DNA of 64,000 nucleotides from the IMG/VR virus record IMGVR_UViG_3300014202_001519; one strand, given 5' to 3'. Of the stretch, positions 18,112 to 30,300 are shown piece after piece. Numbering within the stretch: position 1 is the stretch's first letter; each line of letters opens with the position of its first letter. Under the pieces are notes generated by a model, which did no database searches, had not been told where the DNA came from, and saw only the letters and a program-made list of their open reading frames with translations. The stretch comes from a virus. Both the position numbers and the translations under genes were made by a program.

Positions 18112-19110
18112 ATGGCACTAAGATGGATTGAAGGTTTCGAAACATTTAGCACTACTCTAACAGCCAATATAGATGCTTATTTGGCTTATAAGTATCCGTC
18201 TGCTGCGTCTTGTACCCTTGTTGCTGGTCGTACAGGTGGATTTGGGATTAGAAGCAGTAATATCATTGCTTGGCCGAACTTTGCCCCATTAAGCACATGG
18301 ATTATGGGGTGTGGATATAAAAAGGAATCAAATGGTCAAGAAGGTATTATGTTTTTCATGGATGGAGGTACAAATCAAATTGAAGTTCGTGCTGGCAATG
18401 GCGGCACGATAGATATTTACCGTAATGGAACTTATTTAGGCAGTGGCACAGCAACTCTGCTTCCTAATGTTTGGTATTATATAGAAACTAGAGTTTTTAT
18501 AGACTCAACTACTGGCAGTGTTGAAGTTAGATTAAACGGAGTAACTGATGTTAATTTGACGAACGTTAATACTCAAGCATCAGCCAACAATACAGTTAAT
18601 ACGTTCAAATTCCAGGTTTATTCCCAAGCAAGTTACTATGACGACATGTATATTTGCGATACGACTGGCTCCAACAACAACACTTTCTTAGGCGATAGTC
18701 GAGTAGAAGGCATTATGCCAACCGCCGATGGCACAACCATCCAGTGGACACCACTAGCAGGTGATAATTATGCTAACGTAAATGAAATCCCACCAGACGG
18801 CGACACTTCCTATGTCTCTACTAACACAACTAATGATGTTGATACCTATGCCTTTGCTAATTTGACAGCAATTACATCTGGCGTTAAAGGCTTGCAAGTA
18901 AACATTCTAAATCGCAAAGATGATGCAGGTTCAAGGGAAATTGCCCCAATGATAAGATCGGGTGGTACTGATTACACAGGGGATACATTCTCCGTGTTAG
19001 ATAATTATGCTACCGCAGTTCAGGTCTATGAAGAAGACCCCAATACCGCAGCTTTGTGGACAGTAGGTGGTGTCAATGCAGCAGAATTTGGTCAAAAAAT
19101 GATTAGCTAA
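18112..19110 (+). CDS. virion/tail-associated protein (EGF[DE] family paralog 3)
   Basis: W.EGFE start, WYYIE, YDDMYICD, DPNT...W....VNAAEFG end. Confidence 0.7.
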   Translation: MALRWIEGFETFSTTLTANIDAYLAYKYPSAASCTLVAGRTGGFGIRSSNIIAWPNFAPLSTWIMGCGYKKESNGQEGIMFFMDGGTNQIEVRAGNGGTIDIYRNGTYLGSGTATLLPNVWYYIETRVFIDSTTGSVEVRLNGVTDVNLTNVNTQASANNTVNTFKFQVYSQASYYDDMYICDTTGSNNNTFLGDSRVEGIMPTADGTTIQWTPLAGDNYANVNEIPPDGDTSYVSTNTTNDVDTYAFANLTAITSGVKGLQVNILNRKDDAGSREIAPMIRSGGTDYTGDTFSVLDNYATAVQVYEEDPNTAALWTVGGVNAAEFGQKMIS

Positions 19111-19127
19111 GACCTGTTGAGTTCCCC

Positions 19128-21596
19128 ATGAATAAGTATAAAGGATCAATATTGGCTAGTAGCTCTGTTATCTATGGAAGTTTTCTTCGCGGAACCCCAA
19201 TTACTAAAATTGATGGGCAGAAAGTCCGTATAGAAGACATTCAACGGGGCGACCTACTGTGCGGTATCGGTCCAAATGGAGAGTCTAATACCTCTCAAGT
19301 CATGATAATCGCTAAGGATTATTGCGATAATTACCTTAGAATTACTACTGAAGATACCGAATTGAATGTAGTCGGCAAACACCGACTCTATGTTGGACCA
19401 GATGTTCCATCTGATAATGAATGTCCACATTTCGTTAAAGCCGATACACTTAAAGTCAATGACAGTCTATACTTCCGTAAAGACAATGAAGTTAAGAAGA
19501 CTAAAATTGTTGACATAATCGAAGTTAATGAAAGAACAGAAGTATTCAATCTGAAATGCGAACGACCTGGCGTTGCGGCGACTCACGATGATGAAGACTG
19601 TTGGGCAACTTTCCATGCTGCGGGTATTGCAGCCCACGAAATGGGTGCTTGTGCCCCTATTGGTATTACCCATATTATTCCTAATTGTGGACCTCCAGGC
19701 ACACTTGTAACTATTATTGCAAGAAATGATAATACCGTTCACGCTTATGAAGGATTTGATGGATTCTTTGGTGACGGTGTTTGCGGCTGTGCCACAGGTT
19801 GTAATCCTGGCTATGTAACAGGAGTTACGTTTAGCGGTAATCCTGCCACTGTTCTTGGATCAAGTAGATTTATTTGTCACGCAATTGCTCCGCAAGGATC
19901 AGGTACTGCAACTATCAGTGCAACCACTGATTGGGGAGGATTTACAACAGCCTTCGCATCAGGAACTAACCAATTTACTTACAGTGATCTATGTGGTTAT
20001 GGTTGGGGTCCGAGTTATCCACATCAGAAACATAGCACAGGACCAACAAGCAAGACTGTCCCGCATAATAAGCCAATAAACCAGTGGACAACTACCAAGG
20101 GTGTTGGTATGCGACGTAAACAGTTCGCTGTTCCACCAGCGCCACCACCTCCACCACCACCACCATTTGGTGAAGGTGGCGACTTCCACCAGCGACATGA
20201 TACTGGACAGACAACGTTCGCACTCTCTCACGATACACCATTAAATGAGTGGACAACTACCAAAGGCATTGGTATGCGTCGTAAATGGATACTATCTAGT
20301 ACAGCTTTTGCAGCAGTTCAGACGCTTACTTCCCAAAATGCAGTAGAAGTTTTCGGTGTTGGCGATCCAAGCATAAGAACTACTCAGAATGGCGTCGAAG
20401 TTCTTGGTAATTCTAATCCAGATATTAGAACTACTCAAATTGCTATTGAAGTTATTGGTAATTCTAATCCAGATATTAGAACTACACAAATTGCTATTGA
20501 AGTTATTGGTAATTCTAATCCAGATATTAGAACTACTCAAATTGCTATTGAAGTTATTGGTCCTGTTGCAGAACCCCCACCTGGACCAATATTTGGTTAT
20601 CGTGGCAATATCCATCAGCGACATGATACAGGGCAAACCAATCATTCAATATCTCATGAATTACCATTAAATCAATGGACTTCGGGTAAAGGTATTGGAC
20701 TCAACAGACAAACAATGCGTGCGGCTGCGGAATTGCCACCCCCGCCACCCAATATATCATGTTATAATACTTCTACATTAGAATTTATTGCTGAGAATGC
20801 CGAATGGATTGTGCCGCCCAATGTCTATCAAGTCAAAATAGAATGTTGGGGTGCTGGTCAGTCTGGCGGTTTTTGCACCCCTGGCGGTCAGGGTGGAAGT
20901 TATGCAACCAGTATTGTGTCTGTTTTGCCTGGTCAACTATATTACATTACTTCCAGAAATAGACATGAGACAGATACTAGCCAAGTTCAAGACTCAAGTT
21001 TTAATACCATAGTAGCTGCTGGCTCTCTCTATCCAGCAGATAGTGTTGGCGATTATATCATAGATGGATTGCCTGGAACTCCAGAATATACTGTTTATAT
21101 CCCATTTGACCGCTATCTCACTAATGGTGGTAATGGTGGACATGCAGGCAATGGTGGCGCAGGTGGGGCGGGCGGTGCGCCTGGTGCAGTTATTAATGAA
21201 GGTAACGACGGTGAGCCTGGTGAGTTTCCTGGTGGTGGTGGTGGTAGTGCGGGTTTTACAACAGAATATGTAAGCCCATTTGCTCCTCCACTTATTTTCG
21301 GTGACGAACCATCCCCTACAGGTGGCGACGGTGCTGATGGTTTGGTTAGACTAACTTTCTGTACTCCTTTTGGTTATCTTGGCAATTACCATCGTCGGCA
21401 TGATACAGGACCAACTGCCAATTCAATACCACATAATGCTCCACTTAATCAGTATACAACTACGCAGGGTATTGGTTTAAGAAGAAGGGTAATGCTTGCG
21501 GCTAGTTTTGAACCAGAGCCACCTCCGTTCGTTTTGCCGACCATGATTAACATAAGAGCATGTAATTGCGCAGAATATTTGCCTCCAGAGTCTTAA
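19128..21596 (+). CDS. Hint-domain tail/fibre protein: N-terminal Hint, IPT/TIG-like domain, 4 His-triad repeats, glycine-rich domain
   Basis: SFLRGT.I...RIEDI..GD, VFNL...F.A.GI..H Hint blocks; P.CGP.GT.VTI IPT pattern; VPPNV..VKIECWGAG Gly-rich domain. Confidence 0.75.
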   Translation: MNKYKGSILASSSVIYGSFLRGTPITKIDGQKVRIEDIQRGDLLCGIGPNGESNTSQVMIIAKDYCDNYLRITTEDTELNVVGKHRLYVGPDVPSDNECPHFVKADTLKVNDSLYFRKDNEVKKTKIVDIIEVNERTEVFNLKCERPGVAATHDDEDCWATFHAAGIAAHEMGACAPIGITHIIPNCGPPGTLVTIIARNDNTVHAYEGFDGFFGDGVCGCATGCNPGYVTGVTFSGNPATVLGSSRFICHAIAPQGSGTATISATTDWGGFTTAFASGTNQFTYSDLCGYGWGPSYPHQKHSTGPTSKTVPHNKPINQWTTTKGVGMRRKQFAVPPAPPPPPPPPFGEGGDFHQRHDTGQTTFALSHDTPLNEWTTTKGIGMRRKWILSSTAFAAVQTLTSQNAVEVFGVGDPSIRTTQNGVEVLGNSNPDIRTTQIAIEVIGNSNPDIRTTQIAIEVIGNSNPDIRTTQIAIEVIGPVAEPPPGPIFGYRGNIHQRHDTGQTNHSISHELPLNQWTSGKGIGLNRQTMRAAAELPPPPPNISCYNTSTLEFIAENAEWIVPPNVYQVKIECWGAGQSGGFCTPGGQGGSYATSIVSVLPGQLYYITSRNRHETDTSQVQDSSFNTIVAAGSLYPADSVGDYIIDGLPGTPEYTVYIPFDRYLTNGGNGGHAGNGGAGGAGGAPGAVINEGNDGEPGEFPGGGGGSAGFTTEYVSPFAPPLIFGDEPSPTGGDGADGLVRLTFCTPFGYLGNYHRRHDTGPTANSIPHNAPLNQYTTTQGIGLRRRVMLAASFEPEPPPFVLPTMINIRACNCAEYLPPES
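20409..20561 (+). repeat. 51-bp tandem repeat x3 encoding NSNPDIRTTQIAIEVIG
   Basis: near-identical units starting at 20409, 20460 and 20511. Confidence 0.95.
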
Positions 21597-21615
21597 TATA
21601 TTAAAAGGGGTTTAT

Positions 21616-22050
21616 ATGGGTTATATTCAGCAGGATTTTACAAACGATCAGACCATTACCATCACGCTCGCTAGCTTAGCGAACGGAGCTACAGCAACGT
21701 CTGACACAATAGACAACAGCACAACCAAGTATTTGCACTGCGACTTGCAAACAAAGATGCGAACAGGCAGTGATGAAACGCCTCCTAGTGGCACAGTGGT
21801 TCTTTATATTTTAAGAAGTATTGATGGTGGCGTGACATTTGACGATCTTAATTCTAACACTGACATATTGGGAGTTTTCAATGTGGCTGGCAATGATGCT
21901 GATTTTCTTTTCAGTGTTGATACATCGACTATAGGCATCTTGCCTCAATATTGGAGACTTGCCGTGCTTAATAACACTGGCGTTGCGTTTAATGGCACTG
22001 GAAGTAACTTCTCTGTTAAGTTCGTTGGTAAGAAACTAGAAACTATATAA
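21616..22050 (+). CDS. small virion protein (TITLASLA family, paralog 1)
   Basis: QTITITLASLAN.ATA.S..IDNSTT motif shared by 5 ORFs. Confidence 0.7.
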   Translation: MGYIQQDFTNDQTITITLASLANGATATSDTIDNSTTKYLHCDLQTKMRTGSDETPPSGTVVLYILRSIDGGVTFDDLNSNTDILGVFNVAGNDADFLFSVDTSTIGILPQYWRLAVLNNTGVAFNGTGSNFSVKFVGKKLETI

Positions 22051-22060
22051 TTGGAGATAG

Positions 22061-23737
22061 ATGATCGACCATTCGCTTACTGGACAGGCACTTGGAGGAT
22101 TTAAAGGCATTCTAAGTCCTATTAATCCTGCTTGCCCGTTCAGTACCAATTTCATCAATAGTAAACAAACTTGGAATCTAACTAATGATCCACGGGCACA
22201 TCCCATCGCTGGTAGTTTTACAGATCATTTTACAGTAACTCTAGCCAATGGGCAAACTCATACTTGTAATAATTGGAGAGTTTGCACCCCATATTCAATG
22301 GGTGCTTTGGTTATTCCAGGCGGCGATGAGTCTCCTGGTTATTTCTTAGAAAACGTCGCTGATGATTTTTCACTATACATACAATTAGGATTTTACGCAG
22401 GCAATTTTTATTTTCAAGTCAGTGATGGCGGTGGAACGACTACTATTCGGACGGACGAGGAGGACGGATTTTCTGGTGCTTATTATGTATCTTGCTGCTA
22501 TAGCCCACCAGACCCACCCTCTGGCAACAAGAGTGCTTACATGAACATCTATGTCAATAGTTGGTCATTTGATACAATAATAATTCAAGACTCCCCTGTT
22601 GATTTGTTCTTATCAACACCAGAGTTTTCTGAACTTTCAATGGAATCTGGTTTCGATGTGGATTACTTAGCTGGCTTTTCGGACAGTTGCAATTGCGGCA
22701 CGGCACCATCGAATCTTATATGGGCGAAAGGCAGAAGTGGTACTTTTGGACAAAAAGATAAAGTAATTAGACAGCAAAACCTGTTAAGGAGAATGCTGGC
22801 GTATATTCCTTCTCTTGCAATTAATTATAGAACAACCAGAGCTTGCAATTGTCCAGCATTTGCTCCACCCCCCGCCCCACCAATGGATTTCATGGGTAAT
22901 GAAGGTGGTGATGAAGATGTAGAATTAACTTGGACACCAAATCCACAAGCTATTTGTTACAACATTTATCGTGGGGAAACATCTGGCGGCGAAACCTTGT
23001 TAGTTTCGTGTACTACAACTCCGTATTTTGACGAGGGCATAACGTGTGGGACCACTTATTATTACTACATAACAGCGGTTACTGGTGTTGGCGAAGGTCC
23101 ACCGTCACCAGAAATAGTAGTTATAACAGCAGCGATACCAGACCCACCAGCAGATTTTGCTGCCGATCAACTTGATGAACTTAACACTGAACTTACTTGG
23201 ACTGCCGAACCTGGAGTAGCTTATTACAAAATTTACCGAGGCGACACGCCTGGTAGTGAAACTATATTGGCCGATCCAGTTTTTGGGACTACTTTCACTG
23301 ATGGAGCTTTCACTTGCGGCAACACTTATTACTATTACATAACCTCTGTTGGTTGTGCAGAGAGTGATCCATCAGCAGAAATAACAGTGCCAACGTGCTG
23401 TATATTTACAGAATGTTGTGAATGTATGCCAGCTTCACTTGACTTGGAAGTAAATGAATTATATGGCTGTCCTGTTACTGGAAGTTTAAGTTGGGGTGGT
23501 ACTCACTATGGTAGCGGCGAAAGCAACTGTCAGGGATTCATTGCTATAAATGTATATTGTTTTGAAGGATCGTGGTTTGCAGACGTTCATCAAACTGGCG
23601 AAGGTGGACCTGGACCAACTAATACTTATCCAATGTCTGGTAGTTGCGAACCATTTAGTCTAACTACTGGATCGCAACCATTTGATGGTGGTGGTTATGG
23701 TGCGAGTACAATAGAAATTAATCTTACAGAACCTTAA
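22061..23737 (+). CDS. virion/tail protein with two FN3 domains and Cys-rich C-terminus
   Basis: LTW...Y.IYRG.T.G.E...D....G.TYYYYIT twice. Confidence 0.7.
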   Translation: MIDHSLTGQALGGFKGILSPINPACPFSTNFINSKQTWNLTNDPRAHPIAGSFTDHFTVTLANGQTHTCNNWRVCTPYSMGALVIPGGDESPGYFLENVADDFSLYIQLGFYAGNFYFQVSDGGGTTTIRTDEEDGFSGAYYVSCCYSPPDPPSGNKSAYMNIYVNSWSFDTIIIQDSPVDLFLSTPEFSELSMESGFDVDYLAGFSDSCNCGTAPSNLIWAKGRSGTFGQKDKVIRQQNLLRRMLAYIPSLAINYRTTRACNCPAFAPPPAPPMDFMGNEGGDEDVELTWTPNPQAICYNIYRGETSGGETLLVSCTTTPYFDEGITCGTTYYYYITAVTGVGEGPPSPEIVVITAAIPDPPADFAADQLDELNTELTWTAEPGVAYYKIYRGDTPGSETILADPVFGTTFTDGAFTCGNTYYYYITSVGCAESDPSAEITVPTCCIFTECCECMPASLDLEVNELYGCPVTGSLSWGGTHYGSGESNCQGFIAINVYCFEGSWFADVHQTGEGGPGPTNTYPMSGSCEPFSLTTGSQPFDGGGYGASTIEINLTEP

Positions 23738-23795
23738 AATAATCTTCGGTAGAATTATATATAAGGCAAGCCAATAAAATTTAATAAGGAGAATT

Positions 23796-24224
23796 ATGGC
23801 AACGATCCAGCAGAATTTAACAAGTAATCAGACGATTACTATTACACTAGCTAGCTTGGCAGACGCAACCGCCGCTGTTTCTAGCACAATCAACAACTCC
23901 AGCACTTTGTATATTGGTGCGGACGTTCAGATTCAATGGCGAACGGGCGCAGCGGTTTCAGGTAGCGGTACGGTAGACATTTACATGCTCCGTTGCTTGG
24001 ACGGCGCTGGCACTGATTTCGATGATGCAGAGCCAACCACGGCTACTTTGATTGATAACTTCCCAGCAATCAACTCAGCTACCGATCAGATCGTTAGCAT
24101 GAGCATCGAAGTATTGCCTTCCCGTTGGAGACTTATGGTTGTCAACAACACTGGTGACGCATTTGATTCAACACCAGCTAACTTCAGCGTAATCTTTGAA
24201 GGTAAGAAGCTATCGACTGTATAA
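23796..24224 (+). CDS. small virion protein (TITLASLA family, paralog 2)
   Basis: same family motif. Confidence 0.7.
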   Translation: MATIQQNLTSNQTITITLASLADATAAVSSTINNSSTLYIGADVQIQWRTGAAVSGSGTVDIYMLRCLDGAGTDFDDAEPTTATLIDNFPAINSATDQIVSMSIEVLPSRWRLMVVNNTGDAFDSTPANFSVIFEGKKLSTV

Positions 24225-24252
24225 GCTTTATATTACAATTAATACATTTGTA

Positions 24253-24279
24253 ATTATGGAGGCGCGGAGCCTCCATAAT
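24253..24279. terminator. intergenic hairpin
   Basis: attatggaggc-gcgga-gcctccataat. Confidence 0.55.
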
Positions 24280-24307
24280 TGCCTAAAATATATAAGGCTT
24301 ATCACTT

Positions 24308-27300
24308 ATGGTACTACCTCCATGTACACAACCATCACCGAGTTATCCTGTTGGCACTGTAGGTGTTCCTTACAGCTATACTCCTCCGCATTCAGGTGAT
24401 TGTGGCGTTGATTATTTTGGGTCATGGTCGCCAAATATCCCACCTGGCTTAACGCCAGCTACTGACGGAAGTGGTACACTATCTGGAACCCCTACCGCAT
24501 CTGGAACCTTTACATGTAATATTCGTTGTGCCGCTGGCTATTTCGGCTACCCTTGCACTGGCCAAAGCACAACTCCTACTCTCACCCCAATTACAATTAA
24601 GATTTTCGCAGCCCCTTGTGCTGGTAAATCATTATACGCTTGGTATACTGGCTCTGGTCCCGATGCCGATACCAGTGGAAATTTTACAGTACCTCCTGGC
24701 ATTAATAAGATTTTTGTCGAGGCAGTTGGTGCTGGTAACATAGAAGGCGGCAACAGTAGTGGTGGCGGTGGCGGCGGTTATGCTAACGCTTGGATGGATG
24801 TTGTCCCAGGAGAAAATTTTTCTTGGGAAATTGCGGATATATCAACCACTTTTGGCGACCCAAATACAAATCTTGGCATATATGCAAGAGCGGGCGATGG
24901 TTCTCTTGGCGGCACTGATAATAGAGGACAAGTTACTAACCCTGGTCAAGATGGTGAAGCATGGGGCGGCTGGCCACCTGGAGATGGTGGTAACGGTGGA
25001 GCTAGCGGTTCTGGAGGTCTTGGCGGGCTTGGTAGCCTTAGTATGTCATTTGATGGTGGTCCAGGCTATGATTTCGGCGGTGGCGGTGGCGGCGGCTGGA
25101 ATAATGGTGAAGTAGGCAGTAATGGCGGCGTTGGTGGACGTGGCTTAGTTGCTATTTATGTCTGTAATACTTTTGGATATAATAACAATTCCCACCGATT
25201 TCATGATACAGGCCAAACAAATAACCCTATACCTCACGATCAGCCACTTAATCAATGGACTACGACAACAAGCATTGGTTTAAAAAGGCAATCCATACTA
25301 TCAACGGCACTTGCGGCTACGATACCAACGCCACCTTTGTCAATTTATGGATGTTATACATCGACTTTGGTTTATGGAACGGCTCTTGAGGACTTCTCAA
25401 CCAACGTAGAAAACACCACGTTCTTGTTGAACGATATTACAAACCCGAATACTATCCAACCGCACGATTTACTGTTGGTTACTCTTTGCCATATTGGTAA
25501 TTATGTACCTACTCTATCCATTACAACAAATACTGGCTACTGGAAGGGTACATTCAAACAAGCAGCGGCTGGCGGTGCGAACGATCATGACGTTTATATT
25601 GAAACTTGGTATTTAGATAATGCTTATGGCATCATTGGTTTAAATGATTATTTGACATTGACTTTCGACTCTGGCTCTGGACCTGGACAGACTCAATTCA
25701 TTTACCGTATTGTTCGTGGAACAGGTCAGATTGCTTGGTTCCAAGACATAGGCTCTGGTAGTTTCGGCCAAGGTCCAAGTGAACTCATAGCCGATACCGC
25801 TAACTCTAACACAAACATTGTTCCTAGAGAGTTCTATTACGCTGCTCTCAACGTATTCCATTGCAATACTTTAATGTATCCGTGGGGCGGTGGATTCCTC
25901 AATGGTGTTGAGCAATTGACGCCCACATTCTCGCAGAATACCAGCCTTAATGACGGATTTAGAGTAGTTGTAAATCCACAGGTTTATAACGCTACTAAGC
26001 CTATTGATGAGAATGACTTCGGCCCTGAATGGGGTACGACATTATCCAGCTATTATTGTAATCCATATCCTAGTTGTAGATTTAATGCAGGTTATTCATT
26101 CGTGGCTACAACCACTGGCGGCTTTGCCATCCCTAGAGGTATCTACTCCATATTTGTAGAATGCTGGGGCAGCGGTGCAGATGGTAATGTAGACGGCACT
26201 GGTGGTGGCGGTGGTGGTTTTGCCGCAGGTTTTGTTTATGTTACGCCTGGACAAGTTGTTTCATATACTATCGACGGAAGCGGATCGTATGTAGGCAGCA
26301 TTTCTGCCGCAGCGGGCAACGGTATCCTTGGCGGCACCATCAATGTAGGTGAGTATGTTGTAAGTGGTGGTAATGGTTCACCCCCAATTCCCCGTGAAGA
26401 TATTTGTGTTGGATGTTATGACGGTGGTGACGGTGGCGCAGGTGTAATTGGTGCAGGCGGTGCAGGTGGAGCAGCTTCAACAGGTAATGGCGGCGCAGGT
26501 AATGCCATCGGTGGCGGCGGTGGTGGCGCTGGTGGTAATACAGGAGAATCAGGTACAGGCGGCGCAGGTAGCCCTGGACTTATAAGGATCAGTCTCTGCG
26601 CAATTAGATTTGGTTGGCGTGGAGGCGGTGGTGGTGGCCCTGGTGGGGGTAGCATCGGCGGTAGTCCACATCGAAGTCATAATACTGGTCCAACTAACGA
26701 TCCAATTCCTCATAATGTTCCAATTAACCAGTATACATCAGGTATTGGCATTGGTCTAAGAAGAAAGTCCATACTAGCTGGAGCAATGTTGACTCCTCCT
26801 CCACCTCCACCTAATTTTGGACCATTTTGTAATAGTGCTTTCCAACAGCTAATTATTTATGATCCACTTGTAACTGATATCAGTGACTCAATTACTGTTC
26901 CGCCTGGCATGAGACGCATGATTGCCAAGGTTTGGGCAAGAGGCGGTAAAGGTGAAGATGGTGGAGGTGGCAATGGTGGTTGGGGTGCTGGTGGTGGTGG
27001 TTATGCTGGCAGTGTATTTCGTGTCGTCCCTGGCGAAATAATTGGTTACAGTATCAATGGGGGTTCGTCCAATGTCATTGGTTTATATGGTAGTGCTGAT
27101 GCTAACGCAGGTGCGGGTGAAGGCGGTACTGCTGGTGGAACTGCTTTTGGTGATGTGGCCATTACTGGACAAGACGGTAATGTAGCTGGCGAAGGCGCTG
27201 GCGGTGACGGTGGAGATGGTGCTACGGGCGGTGCTGGTGGTGAAGGCGGTTTCACTGATAACATCCCTGGTCGAGACGGTGGTTATTACGGCGGCGGCGG

Positions 27301-30300
27301 CGGCGGCGGTTTCAGCGGTGGCATCAGTGGTGATATGGTAGGTGGTTTACCTGGACCTGGCTTAATTGTTATGCAATTTTGCCCTGGCTTCGGCTTCCGT
27401 CGCAATACTCACCGAGTTCATAACACTGGCCCTACAAGTGGTCCTATACCACATAATGTACCACTTAATCAGTGGAGTACAACTACTGGTATTGGTTTTA
27501 GAAGAAAACCATTGCTAGCAGCATTGTCGTCTTCGACAACGCCTCCTCCTCCACCTCCACAGCCAAGTTGTTATCGAACTGGAACCTTAACTGTTTATGG
27601 TGTTGAAGGCGATACGGTCCTACAAAACTTCACTGTGCCTGATGGCGTTTATTCTATATTTGCTGAATGCCTTGGACATGGCGGTACTGGTGAAAATACT
27701 GCTGGTGGTGACACGTTATATGTAGGTCAAGGCGGTGGTGCAGGTGCTTACGCAGCTAGCACAATTGCCGTTACTCCAGGTGACTCATTTACCATTACTG
27801 TAAACAATGGTGGTAGTGCAGATATTGTTGGTTCTCCTGGCACCGTATCGGCAGAAGCTGCTACTGGTATTACTGGCGGAACCGCTGGTGGGTCAACTGG
27901 CGATATTACTATATCTGGCCAAGATGGATACCTTGGAGAATCACTATTTACTGATCCAGCAAATGGTAATGGTGGACAAGGTGGAAACAGCCAGTTTGGA
28001 GTTGGTGGCCTTGGTGGATTAGGATACGCTATAACTGGCCCCGCTACTGGTGGTAATGGTCAGCCAGGTACTTTCTATGGCTCAGGTGGTGGTGCGGGCG
28101 GCTATGGTGGTAGCTCAGGTGGCAACGGCGATATTGGTGCGCCTGGTTTAGCTAGAGTTACTTGGTGTTGGGGATACGCTTATGGCCCTCCAACCCCTCC
28201 ACACCAGCAACATGATACTGGACCGACTAATGATCCTATAACACATGATACCCCAATTAATGATTATACCACTACCAAGGGTATTGGTATGCGTAGGAAA
28301 TGGGTTCTCAGTGCCGCATTAAGTGCCTCTTATGATCCAATACCAGTGCCATTGCCACCAATATGCGGTGTAACCAATGAAATACTATCATTTAATGGAA
28401 CTTTACGCAATATAACATCGCTGTCATATGACGGCGATGGAACTTTCACCGTGCCAGATGGTATTACCCAAATATACGTCGAGTGTATTGGTGGCGGTGG
28501 TGGTGGTGGTAATGGTAATTCTGCCGAAGATGAAGACGGTGGTGGTGGTGGTGGTGGTGCTGCATATGCTGCATCTTTACTCAGTGTTGTCCCTGGCACT
28601 ATCATTTCATTTAACGTGGGCGTAGGCGGTGTAACTGAAGGTTTCGATGGCGGGACTACCTCATTCGATAGCCCACCAACGGTTTCTGCTGATTATGGTC
28701 GTTATGGCACAGGAGCTATTGGCGGTCAAGGTGGATTAGCGGTCAATTGCATTGGTGATGTAGCGATTAGCGGTGCTGATGGCTTTACAGGCATTTCCGC
28801 TTCGTTCCCTCCTGTCGGTGGTGCTAGTGGTGGTGCAGCAGGGGGCGGCGGTCAAGGCGGCAGTGGTGGTAATTTCAATACAGGTGGTTTGCCAGGTGAG
28901 TATCCAGGCGGTGGTGGTGGTGGTAGCGGCAGTCAAGGCGGTGCTAGTGCTGCTGGCGCTGATGGTTTAGTCAGAATTACTTATGTAAGTTACAATTATG
29001 GACTTACTGAAAATCCTAATCGTTATCCAACCGTAAGACACCAGACTCATACTACTGGACAAACTAATTGGTCTATTCCACATTGTCAGCCGTTGAATCA
29101 GTTTACAACTACTAAGGGCGTTAGCGTAAGAAATAAACCTCTTGCATCGGCATTAGCGGGTCCATATCCACCTAATCCTTATCCATTGCCATCACCACAA
29201 CCATGTGCTGTTCCTGACCTTGACCTTGCATTTAATCTTCGTCAAAGGTTCAACAGCACAACATTCTATTCTAATGAGAATTTGGAGAGTTTTGATTGGG
29301 TTGCACCTTATGGTGTGACTGAGATTATATTACAGGTGCAAGGTTCTGGCACAGGTGGTGCCCAAGGTGGTGATGACGCTGGTGGCTGCGGTGGCGCTGG
29401 TGGTCTTTGCACCTATTATATAGCTACAGTTGTTCCAGGGCAAAGTTATCCTATTGTTATTGATCCACTCACTGGTGATATGGACTTTAATAATGGGGAT
29501 ATAGTAATTACAGGAAATATTGCCCCAACAGGTGGTCCAACTTGCAGTTTATTCTTCGGTGATCCAGGTGGTCCTCCTGAATGCACCGCTGGTGGTTATG
29601 GTTATGGTGGCGCTGGTGGTCCCGATTATGGCGAGCCAGGCGAAAACGGCTTCGGCGGTGGCGGCGGCGGCGGCGGTGGTCCAGGTGCGCCAGGTGGTTA
29701 TGGTAGCGTTGGTTGGATGCGTATTTTCTACGTCAATCAATATGGTTATTATGGTGCTGGTAATGGTAATGGGATTAGTAATCATTACCCAAGCAGAAGA
29801 CACCAGACTCACCAAACTGGACAGACTAATTTCAGTATTTCGCACTGCGTACCATTAAATCAGCAGACAACGACTAAGGGTATTAGTGTTAGAAATAAGG
29901 TTTTCTTTGCTATAGACCCTCCAAACCCATCCCCTCCAGTCCCACCATCCCCTCCATTCTGTGGAAGGATGACGACATTTACGCTCGATGGTCCTGGCAG
30001 TACAAACTTTGAAGTGCCTGCTGGTGTTACTTTAATTTATGTCGAATGTATCGGCGGTGGTGCTAACGGTGCCAACGCTACTAACTTGAGCGGTGAAGGT
30101 GGTGGCGGTGGTGGTTATGGTGCTAGTTTAATAGCTGTTAATCCTGGTGATACTTATACTATTGTTGCTGGCAATATAGCACAAGACAGTAACTTTGGCG
30201 GTACTACTGTTCAAGGCATTGGTGCCACGGGTCAATCAGGCGGTACAGGCAACGTTGGTAATTTCACTCAGGATGGTCAAGACGGAGCTAATGGTGGAAT

